A DNA stretch of 64,000 nt, taken from positions 352,001-416,000 of the forward strand of contig CBDCDA010000001.1 in the NCBI GenBank assembly GCA_965215335.1, in the 5' to 3' direction. A model generated the notes under the pieces. That model was not told where the DNA came from. It saw only the letters and a list, made by a program, of their open reading frames with translations, and searched no databases. A program made the translations under genes and the position numbers. Positions 1 to 9,295 of this stretch are shown piece after piece; position 1 is the stretch's first letter, and the number at the start of each line of letters is the position of its first letter. This DNA comes from an uncultured Candidatus Entotheonella sp. (lineage in GTDB: Bacteria; Tectomicrobia; Entotheonellia; Entotheonellales; Entotheonellaceae).

Positions 1-2
1 CG

Positions 3-1730
3 TATTACAATCGGGCCGGACGACCTGTCGCTCTCTGGCTCCACTGGGGCGGACGCCACTGCGCGATTTATATTGATGTCCAGATTCCCGCCAACGGGGT
101 CTACACGGTCGAGATCGTCGCCTGGTCAATCTGGAATCATCGGTATGGAGATCGGTATGTAGATGGAGAAGCCGGCTTTGCCGAGTTCTCGGTGGGAGCG
201 AATGGTTACGAGGAAGGCGACACCTGGTACCGCGACATGCGTGTCCCGGGCTTCGACGGCGAGGCGGCACCAGACTCCGACAACAGCGTGCAGTGGCTGG
301 CGCAGCAGATCGTCGCCGACCCGCGCTTCGCCGAGGCGACCGTCAAGTTCTGGTGGCCTGCGATCATGGGCAGCGAGGTGGCGGAGCCGCCGGAGGACGA
401 AAGAGACGCCGACTTCGAAGGGCGGCTGCTCGCCTTCAACGCCCAGGACGCGGAGGTGGAACGGCTGGCCAACGGATTTCGGGATGGCTTCCAGGGCAGC
501 CCGTACACATATAATCTCAAGGACCTGCTGGTAGAGATCGTGTTGTCGGAGTGGTTTCGCACCGACGCGCTCACCGACGCGGACCCGGTACGCCGCGTGG
601 CGCTGCGAGACGCCGGCGCCCGGCGGCTGCTGACGCCGGAGGAACTGGCGCGCAAGACCGCCGCCGTCACGGGTTTCCAGTGGGGACGACATGTCCGCAC
701 GAACTGCTGGCCGGAGTGTAACCGCATCCCCAATGCGTTGGCCGACGATTATCGGCTACTCTACGGGGGCATCGACTCGGACGGCATCACGGAGCGGGGG
801 CGGGCCATCACGTCGGTGATGGCCGGGGTGGCCAAGCGTCACGCGGTGCAGGTGAGTTGCCCTGTAGTCATGCGTGAATTTTATCTGCTACCCGAAGCGG
901 GCCGGCGACTCTTTTCCGGCGTGGCACCGGATCAAGAGATCCGTGACTCGTTCGAGATCGAAGCTGATTCCCGGGCCAACCGGGAGACGCTCTCGCTGAG
1001 CGGAGCGTTGACGGCTGGTAAGAAGATCGTACGGCTCACGTTCCTCAATGACTACTGGCACGAGACCGAGGGAGGCCGGAACGTCTATCTCGACCGGCTG
1101 GAAGTTCGTAACGACGCGGGCCGGGTCGTCACCCGCCGTGAACTCGAGGAATTCGGACCATCGGGGGATTGCAACCACGCCGGAGGCGGCGACTCCCTTG
1201 CTCTGTATTGTAGGGGTTCGGTGGACGTCTCGGCCGACATCCCCACAGCGGGAAACTACACCATCGAGGTCTCGGCCTGGGCCGATCATGCCGGTGACCA
1301 GCTTCCCAGGCTGATGGTCACCGTACTGGATACGGAAGACGCCGATAGCGGAGCGGATGCGATCAGGGGGAAGCTTGTCGAGTTACACGACAAGCTGCTC
1401 GGTGTCGAGGTCACGCCCGATTCCCCGGACGTGGAAGCTGCCTATCAGCTCTTCGTCGACGTGTTGCAGCGCAAACGCCAAGGAAAGACATGGACCTTCG
1501 AATGGGGGTGGCATTGCGATTTTAGTGCCGACATCTTCTTCTACGAAGGCATCCTGGATAACGCCGTGGTACAGCGCGAAGAAGACGGGGACCGGTGGTA
1601 CGAATTCGACTGGGACCGGATCGAAGGCTTCATGGACGGCATCGACTTCTCGGACCCGCACCACACCGCGCAAGCATGGGTGGTCGTGCTGACGGCCATG
1701 ATGATGGACTACCGCTATCTGTATCTATAG
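3..1730 (+). CDS. 5'-truncated large DUF1588/DUF1585-like protein with inserted carbohydrate-binding-like beta modules
   Basis: Frame is open from position 3, upstream of the listed start at 192. WYRDMRVPGF...LAQQIVADPRFAEATVKFWW and RRLLTPEELARK motifs; FLNDYW...GRNVYLDRLEV resembles a Ca-dependent CBM60-like module; lies directly upstream of a DUF1501 gene. Confidence 0.65.
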   Translation, partial: YYNRAGRPVALWLHWGGRHCAIYIDVQIPANGVYTVEIVAWSIWNHRYGDRYVDGEAGFAEFSVGANGYEEGDTWYRDMRVPGFDGEAAPDSDNSVQWLAQQIVADPRFAEATVKFWWPAIMGSEVAEPPEDERDADFEGRLLAFNAQDAEVERLANGFRDGFQGSPYTYNLKDLLVEIVLSEWFRTDALTDADPVRRVALRDAGARRLLTPEELARKTAAVTGFQWGRHVRTNCWPECNRIPNALADDYRLLYGGIDSDGITERGRAITSVMAGVAKRHAVQVSCPVVMREFYLLPEAGRRLFSGVAPDQEIRDSFEIEADSRANRETLSLSGALTAGKKIVRLTFLNDYWHETEGGRNVYLDRLEVRNDAGRVVTRRELEEFGPSGDCNHAGGGDSLALYCRGSVDVSADIPTAGNYTIEVSAWADHAGDQLPRLMVTVLDTEDADSGADAIRGKLVELHDKLLGVEVTPDSPDVEAAYQLFVDVLQRKRQGKTWTFEWGWHCDFSADIFFYEGILDNAVVQREEDGDRWYEFDWDRIEGFMDGIDFSDPHHTAQAWVVVLTAMMMDYRYLYL

Positions 1731-1742
1731 AGGAGGGACGCC

Positions 1743-3026
1743 ATGAGACGACGCACGCTGCTCAAGGGCCTGCTGGCCGCCGCAGTCGCGGCGGCCAGCT
1801 TCCGCCTGCCGCTGGTCAACGCCGCCGACCACCGGGGCAAGCTGTTCGCCTTCGTGCAGGCCGTCGGCGGCTGGGACCCGACGAGCTTCTGCGACCCCAA
1901 GGCCAATACCCCAGGCGAGCCGGTCATCAACCACTGGGCCGAGCGCGACGACGTCCGCCAGGCCGGCAACATCCCCTACGCCCCTTTCGCCAACAACACG
2001 GCGTTCTTCGAGAAGTACCACCGGCGCATGCTGGTCATCAACGGCGTGGACGCGCAGACCAACTCGCACACCGTGGGCATTGTGCACAACTGGAGCGGGC
2101 GGACCTCCGAGGGCTATCCGACGATCAGCGCGTTGCTCGCCGCCCACTACGCCCCGGCCCTGCCGGTTCCCTACCTGAGCTTCGGCGGCTTCTCCGCGAC
2201 CTCCGGCATCACGCGCTTCACCCGCATCGACAGGGCGGAACTGCTGCGCGCGGTCGCCGATCCGGCGACAAACATTTGGAACCCAACGGAGCGGATGGTG
2301 AGCGAGGCGGATTGGGCGACGCTGGAATCGTACCGGGCGGCTGCCGCGGAGCGCCTGGCGGCAACGCCGAATCTGTTGCCGGGCGACGCGCGTCACCTCG
2401 CGTTCTACCGCTCCGCCTTCGCGCCCGAGGGGTTCGAGGGGTTGAAGGCCTACAGCGACGCGCTTCCCGACGAGCTTGAGGAAGGAGAGCAGGGGCCGAA
2501 CAACTTCTGGAGTTCCTTACGCCAACAGGCGCAGTTGACGGTGCTGGCGTTCAAGACCGGCGTGGCGGTGAGTGCAGACCTGTCCCTGGATGGCTTTGAT
2601 ACGCACGCGAATCACGACCCGGACCATGAATGGCTGCTGGGCAATCTGACCAACGCGGTCGACTACCTGTGGAACTACGCCGAGCTACACGGGGTGGCCG
2701 ACCGCCTAGTGGTGGTGATTGGCTCGGATTTTGGTCGCACCAACTTCTACAACTCGGGAGCCGGCAAGGACCACTGGCCCATCGGCAGCTACGTCATCAT
2801 GGAGAAGAACCAGCCCTGGACCGGCCGGGTGGTGGGGGAGACGGACGAGTTGCACTTCGCCTACCGGATTGACCCGCACACGCTGCGCCGCGACGACACG
2901 GGCGGTACGATCCTCTACCCCAAGCACGTGCACAAGGCGTTGCGCCGCTACCTCGGCATTGAGCACTCCTGGGGGACGCGGCGGTTTCCGTTCCACAATA
3001 CGGAAGATGTCGCGTTCTTCGGTTAG
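1743..3026 (+). CDS. DUF1501 family protein with Tat-like signal
   Basis: MRRRTLLKG leader; GGWDPT, GFDTHANH, SDFGRT, GKDHWP motifs; GGAGG RBS. Confidence 0.85.
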   Translation: MRRRTLLKGLLAAAVAAASFRLPLVNAADHRGKLFAFVQAVGGWDPTSFCDPKANTPGEPVINHWAERDDVRQAGNIPYAPFANNTAFFEKYHRRMLVINGVDAQTNSHTVGIVHNWSGRTSEGYPTISALLAAHYAPALPVPYLSFGGFSATSGITRFTRIDRAELLRAVADPATNIWNPTERMVSEADWATLESYRAAAAERLAATPNLLPGDARHLAFYRSAFAPEGFEGLKAYSDALPDELEEGEQGPNNFWSSLRQQAQLTVLAFKTGVAVSADLSLDGFDTHANHDPDHEWLLGNLTNAVDYLWNYAELHGVADRLVVVIGSDFGRTNFYNSGAGKDHWPIGSYVIMEKNQPWTGRVVGETDELHFAYRIDPHTLRRDDTGGTILYPKHVHKALRRYLGIEHSWGTRRFPFHNTEDVAFFG

Positions 3027-3110
3027 CGCATAGCCGTATCGGATGGCATGGTTTGCGTGGCGATGGATTTCCCGCACCCGGCTCAGCTGTGGGCTGCGCT
3101 CTTGTCTCGC

Positions 3111-5033
3111 TCATAGGCGCAAGCCTGGCTCATCAACCCCCAGCCTGGGAGGAGAGGAGGTGCGTGTCTGCGTGAAACGACTTTGCAGGGTGCTGGCGGG
3201 CGTGTTCGTGGTGGTTGTAGGCCGAGATGTCGCCGACTTCAGGAACAGACTCTCAGGCAGCAGGTCGCCGAAAGCTTTCACCAGTAGCGGCACGGAATCG
3301 GCCCAGTCGGCCACGATCCCGATATCGGCGTGCTCGAAAATGGCCGCTTGCGGGTCGGAATTGATCGCCACCACCGTGCCGGCGGCCTGGATGCCGCAGG
3401 CGTGATTGAAGTTGCCGCTCATGGCCATGCCGATATAGAGACTGGGCGCGATGCTGCGGCCGGTAATTCCGACCTGACGGGCGTGCGGCAACCAGCCCTT
3501 ATCCGTCACCTTCCGTGTCGTCGCGAGCTCGGCCCCCAGGACAGCCAGCATGGGATCAAGCTCCGGGTAACGCTGCGGCGGAATTCCCATGCCGACACCC
3601 ACGACGCGCGACGCCATGGCCAGGGCATCCAGTTGGTCGTTCCGCTGACGCGAGGTGACCCGAACCCGCGAAGCGGCCTCGACGCGATGCCGCTCCATGG
3701 AAGGCATACGCGGTCGGCGCGGCGTCGGGCGGGGCAGCACGCCGGGGCGCACGGTGGCCATTTGCATGGCCGAGGTCGAACGAATGGCGGCTACAAGCCG
3801 CCCGCCAAAAGCCGGTTTCCAACTCACCAGCTGTCCGTCTTCATACGCCAGCGCAATCGCGTCGCCCGTCAGGCCGGAGCCGGTGCGAGCCGCGAGGCGA
3901 GCGGCCACCTCGCGTCCCCATGAGGTACTTGGAGCAAACAGGCACCGCGGCGAGTGGATACCACACCACGACGCCACGAAATGCGCGATGTCTTCCGCCA
4001 CGGGCCCATTTTCCAATACGCAGAGATGATCCGCGCCCCAGGCATGGAATTCCTCCGGCTTCGTGTCATCGGCCGGCCCAGCCAGAACGCCGGTGACACG
4101 GGCGCCGATTTGCGGCGCGATTTGCGCGGCGGCGCCAAGCAGCTCGCGTGCGCTGCCGGCATTCCCCGGTTCGAGGAGGACGGCGATGGCGGCGACAGGA
4201 TCGGCCACGGGCTCGCCCACAGCGTCGGCCGTCGCGGTCCTTGCATCGTCGAAAGCCCGACGTGCCTGAAGCAGGGCCATCGCTTCCGCCACCTGGCTCT
4301 CCAACGCGCCGCTCAGGATGCGACGTTCCCGCTTGACCTCCAACGCCTTTGTCTCACCCACCCAGGTCGGACTGCCGGCAACCCCCCACGGACCGTCGCC
4401 CAGATCGGCACTCGTGATCGTGCGTATTTTCTCCGCCGGCACCGCGGCCTTGTCCGGCTCGTCCACCTTCGCCGGTCGGCACAGCCTCTCGGCAGTCGAC
4501 AGCACGGCGGGAAGCGGCACCTCGGCCTCGACCCAGGCATCGTCGTGCTCGCATCCGACGCGCAACGTGCAGTCGTGGCGGAGCTCCAGGCTGCGCAAGG
4601 CGGCGGCGAACGGGAGGCCCAGCAACTCGGCCAGCTCAGGACCTACCTGACCGGTATCGGCATCCACCGCGTTCTTGCCGACCAGGATCAGGTCGAAGGG
4701 TCCGCAGCGTTCGACCACCTCGGCCAACGCTCTGGCGGTCGCCAAGGTATCCGAACCGGCAAACGCCGGATCGGAAATCAGGATGCCGCGGTCAGCCCCC
4801 GCAGCGACGCCCCAGCGAACCACGTCCGCCGCCGCCGGGGGTCCCAGGGAAATCACCGTGCATTGCCCAGCGGTCGCTTGCGCCAGTTCGATGCCCTTGC
4901 CGAGCGCACGCTGGCAATACGGATTCATGGAGAGTTCGACGCCGTCGCGCTGCAAGCGACCATCCGGCCCGAGCGCCATGACTTCAAACTTGGGTATCTG
5001 CTTCACGAGTGCTGCGACGTGCAGGGGCTTCAT
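3111..5033 (-). CDS. Fused electron transfer flavoprotein beta-alpha subunit
   Basis: N-half VKQIP, MNPY, FAGSDTLATA, GKNAVDADTGQVG (ETF-beta); C-half KPAFGG, ATVRPG, RQVGITGRSIAPSLYI, VAINSDPQAAIFEHADIGIV (ETF-alpha); ATG 5033 with GAGGA RBS. Confidence 0.9.
   Translation of the reverse strand: MKPLHVAALVKQIPKFEVMALGPDGRLQRDGVELSMNPYCQRALGKGIELAQATAGQCTVISLGPPAAADVVRWGVAAGADRGILISDPAFAGSDTLATARALAEVVERCGPFDLILVGKNAVDADTGQVGPELAELLGLPFAAALRSLELRHDCTLRVGCEHDDAWVEAEVPLPAVLSTAERLCRPAKVDEPDKAAVPAEKIRTITSADLGDGPWGVAGSPTWVGETKALEVKRERRILSGALESQVAEAMALLQARRAFDDARTATADAVGEPVADPVAAIAVLLEPGNAGSARELLGAAAQIAPQIGARVTGVLAGPADDTKPEEFHAWGADHLCVLENGPVAEDIAHFVASWCGIHSPRCLFAPSTSWGREVAARLAARTGSGLTGDAIALAYEDGQLVSWKPAFGGRLVAAIRSTSAMQMATVRPGVLPRPTPRRPRMPSMERHRVEAASRVRVTSRQRNDQLDALAMASRVVGVGMGIPPQRYPELDPMLAVLGAELATTRKVTDKGWLPHARQVGITGRSIAPSLYIGMAMSGNFNHACGIQAAGTVVAINSDPQAAIFEHADIGIVADWADSVPLLVKAFGDLLPESLFLKSATSRPTTTTNTPASTLQSRFTQTRTSSPPRLGVDEPGLRL
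3235..3255 (+). mobile_element. Solo IS5-family terminal inverted repeat
   Basis: gacttcaggaacagactc-tca matches gacttatggaacagactc-tca at the end of the IS5 remnant (14505-14525) at 19 of 21 positions. Confidence 0.55.
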
Positions 5034-5100
5034 GGCGACTTCCTCGCTAAGGTTTTCCGAGACGTGCGCTGCGATGCTCAGGTTTTCCTCATCCAGATTG

Positions 5101-6297
5101 TCAACGGGCGAGGCCGAAGGCGACCGCCTTCGTCGCGGGGTCGTCGCCGGCCTGCATAAACTCGCCAACCGCGGGGATGAGCTGGCCGATGACCGTCTCG
5201 CCCCAGAACCAGGCGTGCAGGTCCGGCTCGCTCATCGACGGCTTCTGCGCCATGCGGGCCTCGTAATAGAACGCCTTGAGGTCGTCAACGCAGTAGCGGA
5301 TGAACTGCGGCAGCGACACGTCGGTGGACCGCTCCTTCATGTCCACCGCCTCACCGCGGCTGTACGCCTCCAGAAACCGGACGAGGCCGCGCCAGCGTCG
5401 CTGCGGAATGCCGCTGAGGCCCACGGCGGTGCGGCCGTCGTGTTCGTCTACCCAGCGTTCGTAAAACGCGCGCAGCCCGGCAATCTCATCGGCGGCATCC
5501 GCGGTGGCCCGGTCGCTGCTGCGCGTGACCCCGGAGGATTGGGGCAACACGTCGGGAATTTCCTCCTCGGGAAAATCCGCCAGCACCGGACCCGCCGGCT
5601 TCTCGAGGAGTTCAAGCGCTGCGGCAATGACGCGGTGCTGCAGGTCGGCATCGTTCGGCTTGCCCAGGGCAAAGCCAAAGGGGTAGGGGACGAACAGCGC
5701 TCGCGGCGGCTTCACCTTTTCGACGTGCTCGCGCACCATGGCGAGGCTGACGGTGACCAGACCGGCGGCCTCGAAGACTCGGGCCAGCACACCGACGGTG
5801 TGCGTGCACAGGGGTCAGGTAGGGGTCAGAAAAACGACCTCGGCACCCTCATCCCTGAGCCGCCGTGCGACCTCCGGGCCGGTTTCTTCCTGGATGCGCC
5901 GCACGTCACGGAGGGCGCCCATGAACGAATAGGCGTTCGGCGCCAAGCCGCCAACAACGCCCTGTACGGTCAGTTCGCGCAGCCGGTCGAGCGGAAAGGT
6001 GACGTTGAGGTCTCGGTAGATGGCGGTGTGATCGAAGCCGATGCTGGTGTGGCTCTGCAAAATGTCCGCGGCCTTGGCGTCCGAGGGAATGACGCGGTAC
6101 GACGTATCACCGCCCTTCACGTCGGCGGCAAACGGCTTGTCGCCACGCAGGTGCAGGCCCGCCGAGGTGACCAGCGCCAGTCTGCCGTGTTTCAACTCCC
6201 GGCTCGGCGTCGTCCATGGGGTATCGTCGGGTTCCAGGCAGGGGAAGGACGTCAGGACCTGGCGCACCACGGCGCTCAGTCGTTCAAGCTTCGGCAT
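5101..6297 (-). CDS. PrdB/GrdB-like selenoprotein (glycine/betaine/D-proline reductase selenoprotein B family), 398 aa, Sec161, with extra C-terminal domain
   Basis: ORFs 5815-6297 and 5101-5790 are in one frame, separated only by TGA at 5815-5817; read-through gives FLTPT-U-PLCTHTVG (UxxC). LALVTSAGLH, GDTSYRVIP, DLNVTFPLDRLREL, PPRALFVPYPFG are PrdB-like; GGAGG RBS. Confidence 0.9.
5787..5803 (-). promoter_or_regulatory. Putative bacterial SECIS hairpin
   Basis: mRNA GCACACC-GUC-GGUGUGC: perfect 7-bp stem starting 11 nt after the UGA, loop beginning with G. Confidence 0.75.
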
Positions 6298-7123
6298 CGT
6301 ATCCTCCTTCGAGCATGTCGTGACAGGGAACGCTCGTACGCTCCCGGGTTTCCAGGCACAGCGCGGTCAGGGCGCCGCCCCATACGCAGCCGGTGTCCAA
6401 CGCATGGACCCCGGGTTCGTTGCAGACTCCAAGACTGGCCCAGTGACCAAAGACAAGGGTTTCCGAGGTGTGCAGCCGCCCCGGCACGGCAAACCACGGC
6501 AGCCAGGGCGCCGACTGGCTTTCCGGCGGTCCCTTTTCCCGCAACTCCAAACGCCCGGCCGCATCGCAGTACCGCATGCGGGTCAGGCAGTTGACGGTAT
6601 ATCCGAGCTGTTCGGCGCAGGGCAGGGACGCCGACCACGAATCGCATTGACTACCCGACATCTGCCGCATCAGGTCCTTGATGCCGGCGCCGCGCAATTC
6701 GGACTCGACGGCCGCGGCGCATATCTGCGCCGCGCCAAGCGTCCACTGCGGCGGCAGTCCGGCGTGCACCATGGTAACGGCGCGGTCCGCATCGCGGTGC
6801 AGCAACGGACGGTGGCGCAACCAGGCGATCAGGTCGTCGCGGTCCGGCGCCTCCAGAACGTCGGTGAGGGTGTCGCCGGCCCTGAGTCGTCTGCTGCCGT
6901 ACGCCACCCCCAGCAGGTGCAGGTCGTGATTGCCGAGCACGGTGACGGCCCGGTCGCCCAGGTCACGGACAAAACGAAGCGTTTCGAGCGATCGCGGGCC
7001 CCGGTTGACGAGGTCGCCGGTGAACCACAACCGGTCGTGTACGGGACTGAACCGGAGCGTTTCGAGGAGGGCCACCAGGCTGCCGAAACATCCCTGGACG
7101 TCTCCAATCACATAGGTCGCCAC
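6284..7123 (-). CDS. apaH: Symmetrical bis(5'-nucleosyl)-tetraphosphatase
   Basis: MATYVIGDVQGC, GDLVNRGPRSLE, LGNHDLHLL, FGHWASLG, LDTGCVWGG; GGAGG RBS. Confidence 0.95.
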   Translation of the reverse strand: MATYVIGDVQGCFGSLVALLETLRFSPVHDRLWFTGDLVNRGPRSLETLRFVRDLGDRAVTVLGNHDLHLLGVAYGSRRLRAGDTLTDVLEAPDRDDLIAWLRHRPLLHRDADRAVTMVHAGLPPQWTLGAAQICAAAVESELRGAGIKDLMRQMSGSQCDSWSASLPCAEQLGYTVNCLTRMRYCDAAGRLELREKGPPESQSAPWLPWFAVPGRLHTSETLVFGHWASLGVCNEPGVHALDTGCVWGGALTALCLETRERTSVPCHDMLEGGYDAEA

Positions 7124-7135
7124 GCGGCCTCCTGC

Positions 7136-7163
7136 TTGACGCTTTGCCCCGGCGGGCTATCAT
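7136..7163 (+). promoter_or_regulatory. Putative sigma70 promoter for aat-trmL
   Basis: TTGACG-16 nt-TATCAT. Confidence 0.5.
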
Positions 7164-7234
7164 GCGGCATCACGATGTCGGGCAGCGACCGTCACGGTGC
7201 CGCCCTTCCTGCCACCCATCACGCCAGAGTGCTC

Positions 7235-7972
7235 GTGCCAATCTACCGCCTTACCGACAGCCTGCCGTTCCCGGACCCGAACGAAGCCGACGCCGACGGC
7301 CTGGTGGCCTACGGCGGCGACCTGAGCCCGCATCGGCTGCTGCTCGCCTACGCGCAGGGGCTTTTTCCCTGGCCGCACGGCGAGGGCTGGCCGCTCCTGT
7401 GGTTTTCTCCCGACCCGCGTACGGTTCTCGTACCCGCCGACCTGCACGTCAGCCGCAGCCTGCGGAAGACGCTGCGCCGAGGCGTGTTCACGGTACGTTT
7501 CGATACTGCCTTCGCCCGCGTCGTCCATGCGTGCGCCACAACGGCGCGGCCCGGACAACAGGGGACGTGGATTACCCCGGCGATGCGGCGCGCATACGGC
7601 GTTCTGCACGAGTTGGGGTTCGCACATTCCGCCGAGGCATGGGTCGAAGGCCGCCTGGCAGGCGGTGTATACGGCGTCTCGCTCGGCGCCGCCTTCTTCG
7701 CCGAATCCATGTTCACCCATCGCAGCAACGCCGCCAAGGTGGCGGTCGTCCATCTCGTCCGGCAATTGGGTGCCTGGGGCTTCCACTTCATCGATTGCCA
7801 GATGCACAGCGACCACGTGGCACGTTTCGGCGCCGTCGCCTGGGAGCGGCCCTATTTTCTGAACGCCCTGGCGCGGGCGTTACGCCTGCCGACACGCCGG
7901 GGACGGTGGGCCTTGTCCGGCAATCAAGGCACTGTCCCATCCAATGGCCATGCTGCACGTCGTCCTGTTTGA
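7235..7972 (+). CDS. aat: Leucyl/phenylalanyl-tRNA--protein transferase
   Basis: FPDP..A..DGLVAYGGDLSPHRLLLAYAQGLFPW, WFSPDPR, GTWIT, FFAESMF; start could alternatively be ATG 7175. Confidence 0.93.
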   Translation: MPIYRLTDSLPFPDPNEADADGLVAYGGDLSPHRLLLAYAQGLFPWPHGEGWPLLWFSPDPRTVLVPADLHVSRSLRKTLRRGVFTVRFDTAFARVVHACATTARPGQQGTWITPAMRRAYGVLHELGFAHSAEAWVEGRLAGGVYGVSLGAAFFAESMFTHRSNAAKVAVVHLVRQLGAWGFHFIDCQMHSDHVARFGAVAWERPYFLNALARALRLPTRRGRWALSGNQGTVPSNGHAARRPV

Positions 7973-8414
7973 GCCCGAAATTCCCGCCAATACGGGAAAC
8001 ATTATCCGGCTGTGCGCCAACACGGGGGCGCAGCTTCACCTCATCCAGCCGCTGGGTTTCACCCTGGACGACAAGCGATTGCGCCGCGCCGGCCTGGATT
8101 ATCACGAGTGGGCCAGCGTCAAGACGCACGCCTCGTTCCAGGCGTTCACGGACGCGGCGGCGTTCACGCGCCTGTTTGCGATCAGCGTGCAGGGCAAGCG
8201 GGCGCATCATGAGGTCGCGTACCGGGAAAGGGATGCGCTGCTGTTCGGCCCGGAGACGCGCGGGCTGCCGGACGACCTGCTGCGACATGCGTTCATCGAC
8301 ACGATTTTGCGGGTCCCGATGCGGCAGGCGAGCCGAAGCCTGAATTTGTCCAACGCAGCCGCCATCGTCCTCTACGAAGCGTGGCGTCAATTGGGTTTTC
8401 GCGGTGGGAGATGA
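7950..8414 (+). CDS. trmL: tRNA (cytidine/uridine-34-2'-O)-methyltransferase
   Basis: VLFEPEIPANTGNIIRLCANTG, RRAGLDYHE, FGPETRGL, RSLNLSN. Confidence 0.95.
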   Translation: MLHVVLFEPEIPANTGNIIRLCANTGAQLHLIQPLGFTLDDKRLRRAGLDYHEWASVKTHASFQAFTDAAAFTRLFAISVQGKRAHHEVAYRERDALLFGPETRGLPDDLLRHAFIDTILRVPMRQASRSLNLSNAAAIVLYEAWRQLGFRGGR

Positions 8415-8438
8415 GCCCGCCACCCCGTCCAAACCGGG

Positions 8439-9224
8439 TCAGGACGTAACGGCTTTGCGCACGCTGTCCCCGTGCTCCTTCCACCAACTGTAAAGGATGG
8501 TCACGTCCGTGCCGATGCAGAAGTGGCGCACGCCCAGGTCCAGGTAGTACTTGGCCTGGTCGGCGGTGTTGATTTCGGCGCGCGGCGGCACGTCCGCGCG
8601 CAGGGCCGTCTCGATCACCTTGCGCTCCACCGCCCTGATTTCCGGCGAGCCCCGCTCGCCCGCCCGCCCCACGCTCATGGAGTAGTCCGAGCCGCCCCAC
8701 TGGATCATGTCGACGCCCGGCACCGACAGCACCTCTTCCAGGTTTTCGACCGCCCCGTCCTTCTCGATCATGATCACCACCACGACATCCCTGAGGGCGC
8801 GCACGTAATCCATGGAGCCGCCGTACCCCATGTAGGTAAAGCGCCGTGTCGCCACCCCGTAGGTGCCGCCGTCCTCCGGCGTTTCAGGGCGGGCAATGCG
8901 GACGCATTCCCGCACCTCGTCGGCCGAACGGCAATCGGAAAACAACACGCTCTGGAAGCCGGAGCCGATGGCGCGCTGGGCAATGAAGCCCCGCGGTTCC
9001 TGGTCCACCTTGACCATCATCGACATATCGTAGAGCTCGGCGGCCCGGCACATGTCGTCGAAGGCATAGAGGTCGAAGGGGCCGTATTCGGCGACAAATT
9101 CCACGTAGTCATACGTGCCGGTATGGCCGATGGCTTCCACAATGGACGGCCACGTGGTGTGAATATGGGTGCCGATGGTGGGTTTATCCGCCTTGAGCAA
9201 CTCGCGGAACTTGTTCGCTCGCAT
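8439..9224 (-). CDS. HpcH/HpaI aldolase family protein
   Basis: YDYVEFVAEYGP, VIMIEKDGAVENLEEVLSVPGVDMIQWGGSDYSMS; AGGAGG RBS. Confidence 0.88.
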   Translation of the reverse strand: MRANKFRELLKADKPTIGTHIHTTWPSIVEAIGHTGTYDYVEFVAEYGPFDLYAFDDMCRAAELYDMSMMVKVDQEPRGFIAQRAIGSGFQSVLFSDCRSADEVRECVRIARPETPEDGGTYGVATRRFTYMGYGGSMDYVRALRDVVVVIMIEKDGAVENLEEVLSVPGVDMIQWGGSDYSMSVGRAGERGSPEIRAVERKVIETALRADVPPRAEINTADQAKYYLDLGVRHFCIGTDVTILYSWWKEHGDSVRKAVTS

Positions 9225-9295
9225 AGGAACCTCCTGATCATTCAACGTTGCCCGGCCGAGGCCGCGTCAAGGGTTAATCACTTTTTTCCAAGATA

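Noticed and set aside
4675..6594. 639-aa plus-strand ORF and other long antisense ORFs (9356-11332, 17489-19384, 22472-24478, 41048-43069, 46211-48157, 51056-52996, 57608-60445)
   Set aside because: Shadows of clear genes on the opposite strand, expected in high-GC DNA; no recognisable motifs
6041..7174. Apparent long N-terminal extension of aat
   Set aside because: Antisense to apaH and the selenoprotein; a promoter-like sequence lies at 7136-7163
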